From Microgenomates group bacterium GW2011_GWF2_46_18 (GTDB lineage: Bacteria > Patescibacteriota > Microgenomatia > UBA1400 > UBA12108), in the NCBI GenBank assembly GCA_001002415.1, contig LCMB01000006.1:1-48143 (forward strand): 48,143 bases of DNA, in the 5' to 3' direction. The notes below the pieces were generated by a model. That model had not been told where the DNA came from and searched no databases. It was given only the letters and a program-made list of their open reading frames with translations. The translations under genes were made by a program, and so were the position numbers. Shown in pieces: positions 1 through 8,861 of this stretch; the stretch's first letter is position 1, and every line of letters begins with the position of its first letter.

Positions 1-2
1 CC

Positions 3-113
3 TACAGAATGGGTTACCTATCTGGCAAACTGAAGGCATACGAAACAACGGATGATTTGATGAAAATGGTCAAGCAGGGTAAAAATCTAGATGAAACTAA
101 TGAAAATAGTTAA
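3..113 (+). CDS. 3' end of a hypothetical protein (truncated by window start)
   Basis: Frame 3 is open from the window edge: YRMGYLSGKLKAYETTDDLMKMVKQGKNLDETNENS*. Frames 1 and 2 stop earlier. No family recognised. Confidence 0.5.
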   Translation, partial: YRMGYLSGKLKAYETTDDLMKMVKQGKNLDETNENS

Positions 114-154
114 AAATTGGGGTTTTTTGACCCGTGATGTTAGAATATAAATAT

Positions 155-373
155 ATGAATAGTGATTCCATGGATTTGAAAGAGAAAAAAGAATTCGGAG
201 ATAAAGCTCGTGTTGCTAGAGAGAAACTATCTTTAACTCAAGCCGATGTAGCCAAAAAAGCCAACATGACCGTCAACTACTACGCCATGATTGAACGAGG
301 TGAAGCTAATTTGTCCTTTGAAAAAATGAAGAGTATCGTCAAAGTCCTTAAGCTCAAGATCACTATTTCGTAG
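155..373 (+). CDS. XRE/Cro-family helix-turn-helix transcriptional regulator
   Basis: FGDKARVAREKLSLTQADVAKKANMTVNYYAMIERGEANLSFE is a classic HTH_3 signature. Start uncertain (134/155/170); TAGAAT at 141-146 favours 155. Confidence 0.88.
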   Translation: MNSDSMDLKEKKEFGDKARVAREKLSLTQADVAKKANMTVNYYAMIERGEANLSFEKMKSIVKVLKLKITIS

Positions 374-641
374 CTTGTTGGTTCTCCAATGCCAATTTCG
401 CAAACCTAATCATCATGTCCGCCAGTTGCTCTGCCCTGTATTGTGAAGCGTTCTCTGGCTCAGTCTTTTTCAAACTTTTGAAAGCTGCCTTTATCAACAT
501 ATCCCTATTTGCCTCATCAAGTACGAATTTATAGGTTTCCTCAGAAACATTTTCATATTTTCCCTTGGAAAATGCATCCAGTTCATCCCATGGCAAAGCA
601 TCTACCACATTTGCTAAATCATCATTCGCGCCGTTTTGCAT
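363..641 (-). CDS. hypothetical protein
   Basis: ORF 363..659. ATG at 641 has a perfect TATAAT 6 nt upstream on the minus strand (648-653). Helical-looking sequence, no family recognised. Confidence 0.65.
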   Translation of the reverse strand: MQNGANDDLANVVDALPWDELDAFSKGKYENVSEETYKFVLDEANRDMLIKAAFKSLKKTEPENASQYRAEQLADMMIRFAKLALENQQATK

Positions 642-692
642 GGCCTTATTATAATCCAATAAACCTAGTAGAGGAAATTACCTATATTTTCG

Positions 693-1133
693 CTACATGT
701 ATTTTTCGTACCCAATAAAGTTAAATAAATCTACGGCGAAGCCGCCGTCCTCAAGACGGCGCATAAATTCTCTGCTTTTTGCCTGAGAAAGTATATTAAG
801 ACTTCCTTCCCATACAATATTGCGGTCGATAATAGCTAGTTTTCGGTGGTGATTGCCTGTGCAAAGCAGTACTTGGATGCCAACAGCCTCAAATTCTTGG
901 ATTTCCACCTCAGACTGCTCATCATAGCCATCTAGGTGCTCTCGTGGGTCACGGGTCACTATGTAGATTTTGACACCGCGCCCAACCAAACGTCGAAACA
1001 CTGGCCAAAAAGTCTTCATTCTAGCTATGGTGATGAATGGACTTTCGATAATTACCTCATTCTGACTATTCTCTAAATCTCTCAGGAATTTGGAGAAGAA
1101 GGTTTTTTCGTCGTGCAAAGAGGTTTTAATCAT
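693..1133 (-). CDS. phospholipase D-like (single HKD, Nuc-type) domain protein
   Basis: HRKLAIID (HxKxxxxD) plus downstream GSLN; N-terminal 'EVIIESPFI' typical of PLD-like nucleases; GGAGGAG RBS upstream. Confidence 0.85.
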   Translation of the reverse strand: MIKTSLHDEKTFFSKFLRDLENSQNEVIIESPFITIARMKTFWPVFRRLVGRGVKIYIVTRDPREHLDGYDEQSEVEIQEFEAVGIQVLLCTGNHHRKLAIIDRNIVWEGSLNILSQAKSREFMRRLEDGGFAVDLFNFIGYEKYM

Positions 1134-1222
1134 GTAAATCCTCCTCCGACTTCGATTGATACACTTCCATTAACCTGGTAAAATGCACTAGGTAGTTATG
1201 GGAGAGCGGTTCAAAATAAGAA

Positions 1223-1234
1223 TCGTCCTCCGCA
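1223..1234 (+). other. possible att site: remnant of a tRNA (Leu-like) 3' end
   Basis: TCGTCCTCCGCA resembles T-stem 3' strand + acceptor strand + discriminator A. It lies at the switch from AT-rich DNA to host-like DNA just before tig. Short match only. Confidence 0.3.
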
Positions 1235-1272
1235 CAATCCTGACCAACCTAATGCTATAATCCATATCCGTT

Positions 1273-1992
1273 ATGCCAAAAAAACCCGCACTAACTCAAA
1301 AACCAGACGGAACCGTCAAATTTAGTTTGACTATTCCCCAAAAGGCAGTCGCCCAGGAATACCAACACGTCTTGGTCGAATTCAGTAAAACCGCCGAGAT
1401 CAAAGGCTTCCGCAAGGGGAAGGCTCCGATCGCGATGGTCGAGCAAACTACCGATCAATCCAAGATCATTAGTCACGTTCTCGAGCATGTGCTTCCATCC
1501 GCTTATTCTCAGGTCATCCAGGTTCATCAACTCAAACCGCTTGTAGAGCCCCAGGTGACCCCCACCGCCATGAAAACCGGGGAAGACTGGCAATTCACTG
1601 TCGTTACCGCCATCGCCCCCACCTTCGTTCTGGGTGACTACCGTGCCAAGCTGACTAAAGCTCTGGCCAAACACAAGGAAAGCAAAAAGGACGAACGCCT
1701 CAAAGTCATTTTTGACACTCTTCTCTCGCTCGGCAAATTCTCCGTCGCACCGCTTCTAGTGGACATGGAAACCAAAGCCGCTCTCTCCCGTCTGATCAAT
1801 CAGCTCGGTAACCTCAAACTCACGGTTGCTGACTATGCCAAGTCTCTCAAAAAAACTCCCGAAGAGTTAGTTGCCGAATATCAAACCACCGCTACCACCA
1901 ATCTACAACTTCACTTTATTCTTCAGGCTATTCAAACTGACCAAAAGCTCGCCGATTCTGCTGCTACTCTTGACTTCCTTCAAGCATTATAG
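1273..1992 (+). CDS. tig: trigger factor, short form lacking the FKBP PPIase domain
   Basis: Ribosome-binding motif IKGFRKGKAP; N domain joined directly to a C-terminal-like domain; 239 aa. Confidence 0.9.
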   Translation: MPKKPALTQKPDGTVKFSLTIPQKAVAQEYQHVLVEFSKTAEIKGFRKGKAPIAMVEQTTDQSKIISHVLEHVLPSAYSQVIQVHQLKPLVEPQVTPTAMKTGEDWQFTVVTAIAPTFVLGDYRAKLTKALAKHKESKKDERLKVIFDTLLSLGKFSVAPLLVDMETKAALSRLINQLGNLKLTVADYAKSLKKTPEELVAEYQTTATTNLQLHFILQAIQTDQKLADSAATLDFLQAL

Positions 1993-2009
1993 GATAATAA
2001 GTCGTTACT

Positions 2010-2681
2010 ATGTCCTTCGATCCATTCAAAAATTTTAAACCACTCAATTCTAAACCAGCGACCAAAACAAATCCGCCTGTTACTCGCTCCGATAACTTCG
2101 TGGAATCTGTCAAAGACATTGGCAGTAATACCCTCCAATCCTTAAAGAATGACGTTGTCAAAGGGACTGCTCAAAATATTTTTGATCAACTCCTGGGTAG
2201 CACCAAAACCGGTCAAGTTCCCTCGGAAAACCAGACAATCACTCCCGATCTCGAAGAGTATATTGCCGAGCGCGAACAAAATGCCGCCGAACAAGCTCGT
2301 TCCCAAGAACGGCTCTTCCACCAGCAAAAACAAAAAGAAACTCAAGTCCTCTTCTCTTTTGCCGACGAAAAGGTGAAAAAGGAAATCGAGGGTGTCCGTC
2401 AGGAATTGGCCATGCTGGTCAATACCATGGGTCAGGTCGAGGCCCAAATCGAAAACGCCATTATGGACAACGTGACCGATGCCGGTGTCTACCACTTGAA
2501 CTACTTCCGCAAACTCAAAACCTGGATTGTTTTTATGCGCAAATCTCTCGAAGACGCTTCTCTTTGGTTAAGTGTCGCCAAGGGCCGCAAAACTCAAGGT
2601 TATTTCTGGAGTCAAGTAGCCAAATCCGGTACCAAATACAGTATGTCTCATGAGCGCGCCGTCCAAATGGGCGCGGGGTAA
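2010..2681 (+). CDS. DUF5660-like CPR protein
   Basis: Coiled-coil middle and C-terminal GVYHLNYFRKL...ASLWL...YFWSQ...GTKYSMS...GAG pattern, recalled from Microgenomates DUF5660 proteins (recognition from memory). Confidence 0.65.
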   Translation: MSFDPFKNFKPLNSKPATKTNPPVTRSDNFVESVKDIGSNTLQSLKNDVVKGTAQNIFDQLLGSTKTGQVPSENQTITPDLEEYIAEREQNAAEQARSQERLFHQQKQKETQVLFSFADEKVKKEIEGVRQELAMLVNTMGQVEAQIENAIMDNVTDAGVYHLNYFRKLKTWIVFMRKSLEDASLWLSVAKGRKTQGYFWSQVAKSGTKYSMSHERAVQMGAG

Positions 2682-2707
2682 TTTTTCTGTTAAAATATCT
2701 CCATCTT

Positions 2708-2781
2708 GGGTTCGTAGCTCAGTTGGTTAGAGCGCCACATTGACATTGTGGAGGTCAGAGGTTCGACTCCTCTCGGACCCA
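2708..2781 (+). tRNA. tRNA-Val(GAC)
   Basis: Acceptor GGGTTCG/CGGACCC; D arm GCTCAGTTGGTTAGAGC; anticodon arm CCACA-TTGACAT-TGTGG (GAC at 2742-2744); T arm AGAGGTTCGACTCCTCT. CCA not encoded. Confidence 0.97.
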
Positions 2782-2831
2782 CTTTTCTTTCTCTCCCCAT
2801 TATCTAGCTTCATATGTAGTAATATATCCAT

Positions 2832-3008
2832 ATGAACAAAATTAACGAACAAGTAAAAAGTAAACCTGGTGAACCTGAGCCCAAAAATGCCAGGGTTACC
2901 GGCAGAGAAATAGCCAAAATTTCTGAATTGATCCCCGACCCAAAAGATCAAGAACTAGTTCCCATTAATCGGATTAAGGAAGCTCTGGAAAAGCTCAAGA
3001 AAGCTTAA
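2832..3008 (+). CDS. small hypothetical protein (58 aa)
   Basis: MNKINEQVKSKPGEPEPKNARVTGREIAKISELIPDPKDQELVPINRIKEALEKLKKA*; TAATAT 6 nt upstream of ATG; fills the tRNA-thrS gap. Not in the ORF track. Confidence 0.6.
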   Translation: MNKINEQVKSKPGEPEPKNARVTGREIAKISELIPDPKDQELVPINRIKEALEKLKKA

Positions 3009-3055
3009 TACACCCTAGCCAAAACGATCGGTAATCCTGGTATACTATTCACCAT

Positions 3056-4795
3056 ATGTCAGATTCAGCCCGTTCATCGCTCGAAGCCTTGCGTCACTCC
3101 GCCGCGCATCTTTTAGCCGCGGCAATCGCGGAGCTTTATCCCAACGCCCTCCCAACCCTTGGTCCCGCCATTGAAACCGGCTTTTACTACGATTTTGACC
3201 ATCTCAAGATTGGTGCCGAAGATTTTCCCCTCGTCGAAGCGAAAATGCGTGAGCTCGTCAAGACCTGGTCTAGTTTTAAGAAATTCAAACTTTCTGCCAG
3301 CGAAGCCAAAGCCGAATTCAAGGCTAATCCTTATAAACTTGAACTCATCGACGAAATTATCGCCAAAGGGGAGGAGATTACGGTCTATCAGTCCGGCACT
3401 TTCCGCGATCTCTGTCGCGGCGGCCATACCGACAAACCGGGCGAGATCAAAGCCTTCAAACTTTTGTCCGTAGCCGGCGCCTACTGGCACGGTGACGAAA
3501 AGAACAAAATGCTCACCCGGATCTACGGCACAGCTTTTTCTTCCCAAGAAGACCTCGATAAATACCTCTGGCAAATAGAAGAAGCGAAAAAGCGGGACCA
3601 CCGCAAACTTGGGAAAGAGTTGGATCTCTTTACTTTCTCCGAGCTCGTTGGGTCGGGTCTACCTCTCTATACCGCCCGCGGTTCCTTTATTCGGCGCACC
3701 GTCACCAACTTTGTTGAGTCCGTCCAAAGTAAACTCGCCTATACTCAGGTCTGGACTCCTCAAATTGCCAAAGCCGAGTTGTTCAAAAAAAGCGGTCACT
3801 ACGACAAGTACAAAGACGATATGTTTCGGGTTGTGAGTAACTACAGCGATGAAGAATTCTTCCTCAAACCCATGAACTGTCCTCAGCACGCCGAAATTTA
3901 TGCCAGTCGGCCACGTAGTTACCGCGATCTTCCCCTCCGCTTGACCGATTTTGCTATGCTCTACCGCGACGAAAAACCGGGGGAACTTAGCGGCCTAGCT
4001 CGCGTTCGTGCCTTCAGCCAAGACGATTGTCATGTCTATTGCCGCGAGGATCAGGTCGATTTTGAGGTTGATCAGATGCTCGACATGATCAAGCAGATTA
4101 TGAACACCTTTGGCTTCACCTACCGCTACCGGCTTTCGACTCGCGACCCCGCTCACCCCGAAAAATATTTAGGTGACCCGAAAGTCTGGGACAAACTCGA
4201 AGCCTGGGCCGTCAAGATTATGGAGCGTAATCACATCGAGTATTACGATGGACCTGGGGAAGCCGCCTTCTACGGTCCCAAAATGGATCTGATGGCTACC
4301 GACGCTTTGGGACGGGAATGGCAACTCTCGACGGTTCAGATCGACTACGTTCAGCCTGAGCGCTTTAACCTCGAATACACGGCTCTCGACGGCTCGCGTC
4401 AGCGACCGGTTACGTTACATCGCGCCATCCTGGGCTCTCCCGAGCGCTTACTGGGGATCTTGATCGAACATTACGCTGGTGCCTTCCCCCTCTGGCTCTC
4501 ACCCACCCAACTCACTCTCCTCCCCATCTCCGAGCACGAACTTACCTTTACCCAAAAACTGGCCAAGGAGTTAACAAAAGCCGGTCTGCGGGTTGAGATT
4601 GACGAGAGTAGTAACACCCTCGGCAAAAAAATTCTTCGCGGCCGCAATTACAAGGTTCCGTACCTTGCAATCATCGGCAAAAAAGAAGTCGAAACCAATA
4701 CTCTGACTCTCAAAAATCGCGCTGGGGACCAGTTGACTCTCTCCCTCGATGAAGTTATCGCCAAATTAACCCAAGAGACCGAGAGTAAGTTATAA
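3056..4795 (+). CDS. thrS: threonine--tRNA ligase (no N-terminal TGS domain)
   Basis: RHSAAHLLA, DLCRGGH editing domain, RDHRKLGKELDLF, KPMNCPQH, LHRAILGSPER, anticodon-binding domain. Confidence 0.98.
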   Translation: MSDSARSSLEALRHSAAHLLAAAIAELYPNALPTLGPAIETGFYYDFDHLKIGAEDFPLVEAKMRELVKTWSSFKKFKLSASEAKAEFKANPYKLELIDEIIAKGEEITVYQSGTFRDLCRGGHTDKPGEIKAFKLLSVAGAYWHGDEKNKMLTRIYGTAFSSQEDLDKYLWQIEEAKKRDHRKLGKELDLFTFSELVGSGLPLYTARGSFIRRTVTNFVESVQSKLAYTQVWTPQIAKAELFKKSGHYDKYKDDMFRVVSNYSDEEFFLKPMNCPQHAEIYASRPRSYRDLPLRLTDFAMLYRDEKPGELSGLARVRAFSQDDCHVYCREDQVDFEVDQMLDMIKQIMNTFGFTYRYRLSTRDPAHPEKYLGDPKVWDKLEAWAVKIMERNHIEYYDGPGEAAFYGPKMDLMATDALGREWQLSTVQIDYVQPERFNLEYTALDGSRQRPVTLHRAILGSPERLLGILIEHYAGAFPLWLSPTQLTLLPISEHELTFTQKLAKELTKAGLRVEIDESSNTLGKKILRGRNYKVPYLAIIGKKEVETNTLTLKNRAGDQLTLSLDEVIAKLTQETESKL

Positions 4796-4802
4796 TATCC
4801 TC

Positions 4803-5324
4803 ATGAAATTTCATCCGATCAACCAGTTTATCAAATCCACCGAGCTTAGGGTTATCGACGACACCGGTAAGCAAATTGGGGTCATGTCCCGCGAAGAAGC
4901 CCTCAAAACCGCCCAGGAGAGGGGACTGGATCTCGTCGAAATCGCCTCACAAGCTACTCCTCCGGTCGCCAAAGTCATTGACTTCAAGAAATTCAAATAC
5001 CTTGAAGCCAAAAAAGAACGTGACAGCAAAGCCAGTAGCGGCAAAGTCGATCTCAAAGAAATTCGTTTCACTCCCTTTATCGCCCAAGGTGATCTCGCTT
5101 CTAGACTGGAACGCATTCGCGAAATCCTGGGGGATGGAGACAGAGTTAAAGTTGTGGTAAAATTCACCGGTCGTCAAATTACCCGGGTCGAGTTCGGTCA
5201 TGAACTGATCAAAAGGATCATGACTCAACTGGAAGGAGTGGCCACCGCTGACGGAGTTCCCAAACTCCAAGGCAAGACACTCTTTTTGATTCTCAACCCC
5301 AGCAAGAAGAAAGTTGAAAAATGA
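4803..5324 (+). CDS. infC: translation initiation factor IF-3
   Basis: INQFIKSTELRVID...GLDLVEI...PPVAKVIDFKKFKY...KEIRF; thrS-infC-rpmI-rplT synteny. Confidence 0.97.
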   Translation: MKFHPINQFIKSTELRVIDDTGKQIGVMSREEALKTAQERGLDLVEIASQATPPVAKVIDFKKFKYLEAKKERDSKASSGKVDLKEIRFTPFIAQGDLASRLERIREILGDGDRVKVVVKFTGRQITRVEFGHELIKRIMTQLEGVATADGVPKLQGKTLFLILNPSKKKVEK

Positions 5325-5512
5325 AACGTAAATCAAAAAAATCGCTTACTCGTCGAGTCAAGATCACCAAAACCGGCAAAATTATGCGTCGCACCCAAAA
5401 TATGCGTCACATTCGCCGGCACAAGTCCAAAGCGCAAATCCGCCGAATGAAAGCCCCCAAATTTTTAACCGGCCAAATTGCCAAAAACATTAAACACATC
5501 CTAGGAATCTAA
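5321..5512 (+). CDS. rpmI: 50S ribosomal protein L35
   Basis: Basic 63 aa, KSKKSLTRRVKITKTGKI...RH; synteny. Confidence 0.93.
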   Translation: MKRKSKKSLTRRVKITKTGKIMRRTQNMRHIRRHKSKAQIRRMKAPKFLTGQIAKNIKHILGI

Positions 5513-5513
5513 C

Positions 5514-5864
5514 ATGACTCGCGTCAAAAACTCTCCTGTCAAACGGGCTCGTCACAAAAAGGTTTTAGCCAGAACCAGCGGCTTCCGCATGACCAAAAAC
5601 CGCTTGTGGAAAGTGGCCCATGAAGCTTACTTGCACGCCCTTGATTACAGTTTTCAAGGCAGAAAAGACCGCAAAAGTGATTTTCGTGCTCTCTGGATTT
5701 TGCGCCTTAACGCAGCTTTGCGCGCTATCGATCCCGCTCTTACCTACAGTCGCTTTATCCCGCTTCTTAAAACCAAGCAAATTACCCTGAACCGCAAAGT
5801 CCTAGCCGACATTGCTACTTCCGACCCCGAAACGTTTGCCAAAATCGTTGAAAAAGTGCGTTAA
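5514..5864 (+). CDS. rplT: 50S ribosomal protein L20
   Basis: MTRVK...RARHKKVL...RKDRKSDFRALWILRLNAA...LNRKVLADIA. Confidence 0.97.
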   Translation: MTRVKNSPVKRARHKKVLARTSGFRMTKNRLWKVAHEAYLHALDYSFQGRKDRKSDFRALWILRLNAALRAIDPALTYSRFIPLLKTKQITLNRKVLADIATSDPETFAKIVEKVR

Positions 5865-5873
5865 ATCAAACTC

Positions 5874-5903
5874 TTGACAGTTCCCCATCTTATAGTGTAG
5901 TAT
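5874..5903 (+). promoter_or_regulatory. sigma70-type promoter between rplT and pheS
   Basis: TTGACA (5874-5879), 18 nt spacer, TAGTAT (5898-5903). Confidence 0.55.
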
Positions 5904-5909
5904 GCATAT

Positions 5910-5977
5910 CTTGCGAGAAGCAACCATCCGCACGTTCCCACTCATAAAGGGTTCGCTGGCAGGAAGGTTGCTTTTGG
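5910..5977 (+). ncRNA. candidate small structured RNA / hairpin leader of unknown family
   Basis: Long imperfect hairpin AGAAGCAACC(5916-5925)/GGTTGCTTTT(5966-5975) with inner TCC/GGA, GC/GC and CCC/GGG pairs; starts right after the promoter and ends in a U-run. Confidence 0.4.
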
Positions 5978-6009
5978 CGTATCTAGAGGGTTTGTTATAG
6001 AATAATCCC

Positions 6010-7011
6010 ATGCAAACCCAAATTACCCAAATACAATCACGTTTTACCTCAGATCTGGACCAAGTTCACACCCCAACCGAACTCGACGCACTCTACCTCA
6101 AATACCTCGGGAAAAAGGGTAGTACTACCCAGCTTCTTGGCCAACTCAAAGAACTTTCTCTTTCGGACAAGAAAATTTATGGGCCTCTCCTCAACCAACT
6201 CAAACAATCCCAGGAATCGCAAATTAAAGACAAGTCAAAATTACTATCGTCTGACGTCTCGCATCTATTGTCTATGGATTTGACCATTCCTGGTCAAATC
6301 AAGCCCATCGGTCATCTCCACCCAACTACCATTCTAATCCGGGAGATGAACGATTTCTTCCGTCAGCAAGGCTACTCCATCGGCGAAGGTCCCGAAATCG
6401 AAAATGTCGAGTACAACTTCCGCCGGCTCAATCTTCCAGAAGGCCACCCCGCCACTGATCTGCAGGACACTCTCTTTATTCGCGAAGGTGATCTTTTGCT
6501 CCGGACTCACACCAGCTCCGTCGAAACCAGAATTCTCTCAAGCCAGAAGCCCCCCTTGCGGGTTGTTGTTCCCGGCAAATGTTATCGCAACGAAACCAAT
6601 AGTACGACCAACACCAACTTTTTCTATCAATATCAGGGCTTTGTCGTCGACCAAGGAATCAACATTCAACACCTCAAATCCATTCTTACCGAGTTTCACC
6701 AATTTCTCTTTGGGAAAGATATCAAACTGCGTTTTCGTTACAAATACTACCCCGAAGTCACTCCCGGCATGGGGGTGGATATCGAGTGCAACTTTTGCCA
6801 TGGCAAGGGCTGCCAAATCTGCAAATACCGTGGCTTTATCGAAGTTTTGGGTAGTGGGATGATCCATCCCAATACCCTCAAAGCCTGCGGCATTGATCCC
6901 AGCATTTACACCGGCTTTGCCTTTGGGATGGGGCTTGACCGCTTAGTCATGACGAAATTTGGTATTACTGATATCCGCAAACTCTATGGCGGAGAATTAA
7001 TTTACCTATGA
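6010..7011 (+). CDS. pheS: phenylalanine--tRNA ligase alpha subunit
   Basis: GHLHP, HPATDLQDT, LLRTHTSS, PGKCYR, GFAFGMGLDRLVM; CxxC...CxxC insert. Confidence 0.97.
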   Translation: MQTQITQIQSRFTSDLDQVHTPTELDALYLKYLGKKGSTTQLLGQLKELSLSDKKIYGPLLNQLKQSQESQIKDKSKLLSSDVSHLLSMDLTIPGQIKPIGHLHPTTILIREMNDFFRQQGYSIGEGPEIENVEYNFRRLNLPEGHPATDLQDTLFIREGDLLLRTHTSSVETRILSSQKPPLRVVVPGKCYRNETNSTTNTNFFYQYQGFVVDQGINIQHLKSILTEFHQFLFGKDIKLRFRYKYYPEVTPGMGVDIECNFCHGKGCQICKYRGFIEVLGSGMIHPNTLKACGIDPSIYTGFAFGMGLDRLVMTKFGITDIRKLYGGELIYL

Positions 7012-8861
7012 AAATACCTCTTATTTGGCTCAAAGATTATCTCAAAATTGACAAAACTCCCCGCGAAATTGCCGCCAGTTTTACCCAGCTTGGGCTTATG
7101 CTCGACAAACCCCTCGATCAAACTGGCGTGCTTGATCTCGAACACCGGATGGATCGCTCCGATTGGCTAAGCATTATCGGCTGTGCCCGCGACCTCGCTG
7201 CCTTCGAAAATTTACCTCTCAAACTTCCCAAGCCAACTTCCAAACTTAAACAAAAAACTCTCTCTCAACCCGAAATTGCTATTCGAGTCCAAACTCCCCA
7301 TGTCCGCCGCTTTGCGACCAAAGTTTTTCACCAGGTTAAAGTCGGCCCTTCCCCGCGCTGGCTCACTGAACGTCTTTTGGCCTACGGCATCAAATCAGTC
7401 AACAATATTGTCGATGTCACCAACTTTGTCATGGTCGAATACGGTCAACCCCTGCACGCTCAGGATCTCGCCAAACTACCGGGGCAAGATATTACCATCA
7501 GAGCAGCCTGTGCCGGGGAGAAACTAACCACTATTCTAGGTACAGACATAAAACTAGATTCTAACGTCTTCATTCTAACGTCTGGCGGATTGCCCACCGT
7601 CATCGGCGGGATCGTTGGCGGTGTTGGTACCAGTGTAACTCAAAAAACTACGGACATTATCTTGGATGCTGGTAACTACGATCAACGGATTATCCGCCAA
7701 ACCAGTCGTCGCTTAAAAATCATTAACGAAACTGTCAGTCACTACGACAAATACCTCGATCCTCGCTTGATTGATCCAGCTCTTTCTCGCGCCACCTCCC
7801 TTATTCTCGAACTAGCTGGTGGCACTGTGACAGATAACGACGACTACTATCCCCATCCCCCCAAGCCCCAAACCCTGACCCTCCATTGGTCTCGTCTCCA
7901 ACTTCTCTCCGGCCTCACACTTCCCAAACCCACGGTCAAACGCATTCTCCGTGCTCTCGACTACTCCATTGTCGAAGAAGACCCTTCCTCCCTCGTCGTC
8001 GAAATTCCCTACTTTAGGACCGATGTCGAAGTCGAAGACGATTTGATTGCCGATATTCTCCGGATTAATAATTACGACAATCTTCCGGCTCTGGCTCTCT
8101 CAACTCCGATTCCCCCAGACATTACCCCCGAGCTTTATCGCTTCGAAGACCGCTTGCGCGATCTGCTGGTAGCGAAAGGTGCCCACGAACACATTACTAG
8201 TTCCCTAACTACTGCTTCCCCCGATAATCACGCTATTACTCTACTTAGTGCTACCTCCTCTGACCAAAATACGCTTCGTTCCTCCCTAGTTCCTTCCCTC
8301 CAAAATGTCCTTGGCTATTACGCTAAACATGGGCTCAAAAACATTGCCCTTTTCGAAATCGGCAAAGTCTTTTCCCAACAAGGTGACAAGTATTTGGAAC
8401 ATCGTCATCTCTCGGTTGTCTCTACTCAAAAAATTGCCGACTCACTTTCCACTCTTATGCATGTGCTTGGCATCAACTATCACATTTCTTTAACCTATCA
8501 GATTGTGGTCAAACAAAAAACGGTGGGGGCGATTGGTCCTCATTTCTACACCTTATATCCTGATTTACTTCTCCCGCTCTCTCAAGCCTACTCTCCAGTC
8601 GTGAGTGAGTTTTTGCACTCGCAATCCCGCGATTTGTCTCTTCTTGTCCCGCCCCGCTATGTCTACGCTGATATTCTAGCCGCCCTTAATCCTCTTACTC
8701 TTACCTATCAAACTATCAACTGTAAATCCGCTACTCCCTTAGGTAAAGTTAACAATTATCTGCTCACTTTCACTTGGCCAGCCAAAAGCAACACATCCGC
8801 CGAAATCAAACAAATCCTCAAGACACTCAAAACCGCTCTCTCCATCGATTCCAAATCCTAA
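7008..8861 (+). CDS. pheT: phenylalanine--tRNA ligase beta subunit (reduced)
   Basis: MKIPLIWLKDY, RSDWLSIIGCARDL, NNIVDVTNFVMVEYGQPLHA, PYFRTDVEVEDDLIADILR; lacks the B2 OB-fold; divergent C-terminus. Confidence 0.93.
   Translation: MKIPLIWLKDYLKIDKTPREIAASFTQLGLMLDKPLDQTGVLDLEHRMDRSDWLSIIGCARDLAAFENLPLKLPKPTSKLKQKTLSQPEIAIRVQTPHVRRFATKVFHQVKVGPSPRWLTERLLAYGIKSVNNIVDVTNFVMVEYGQPLHAQDLAKLPGQDITIRAACAGEKLTTILGTDIKLDSNVFILTSGGLPTVIGGIVGGVGTSVTQKTTDIILDAGNYDQRIIRQTSRRLKIINETVSHYDKYLDPRLIDPALSRATSLILELAGGTVTDNDDYYPHPPKPQTLTLHWSRLQLLSGLTLPKPTVKRILRALDYSIVEEDPSSLVVEIPYFRTDVEVEDDLIADILRINNYDNLPALALSTPIPPDITPELYRFEDRLRDLLVAKGAHEHITSSLTTASPDNHAITLLSATSSDQNTLRSSLVPSLQNVLGYYAKHGLKNIALFEIGKVFSQQGDKYLEHRHLSVVSTQKIADSLSTLMHVLGINYHISLTYQIVVKQKTVGAIGPHFYTLYPDLLLPLSQAYSPVVSEFLHSQSRDLSLLVPPRYVYADILAALNPLTLTYQTINCKSATPLGKVNNYLLTFTWPAKSNTSAEIKQILKTLKTALSIDSKS

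Noticed and set aside
2727-2951. 74-aa minus-strand ORF
   Set aside because: Antisense to tRNA-Val and to the better-supported 58-aa plus-strand ORF.
5910-5977. SRP RNA, 6S RNA or a T-box upstream of pheS
   Set aside because: No SRP domain IV motif, too short for 6S, and no T-box stem I or UGGN bulge.
5902-6000. 32-aa ORF (MHILREATIRTFPLIKG...) as a pheM-like leader peptide
   Set aside because: Only one Phe codon, and its ATG overlaps the putative -10 box, so it would not be in the transcript.
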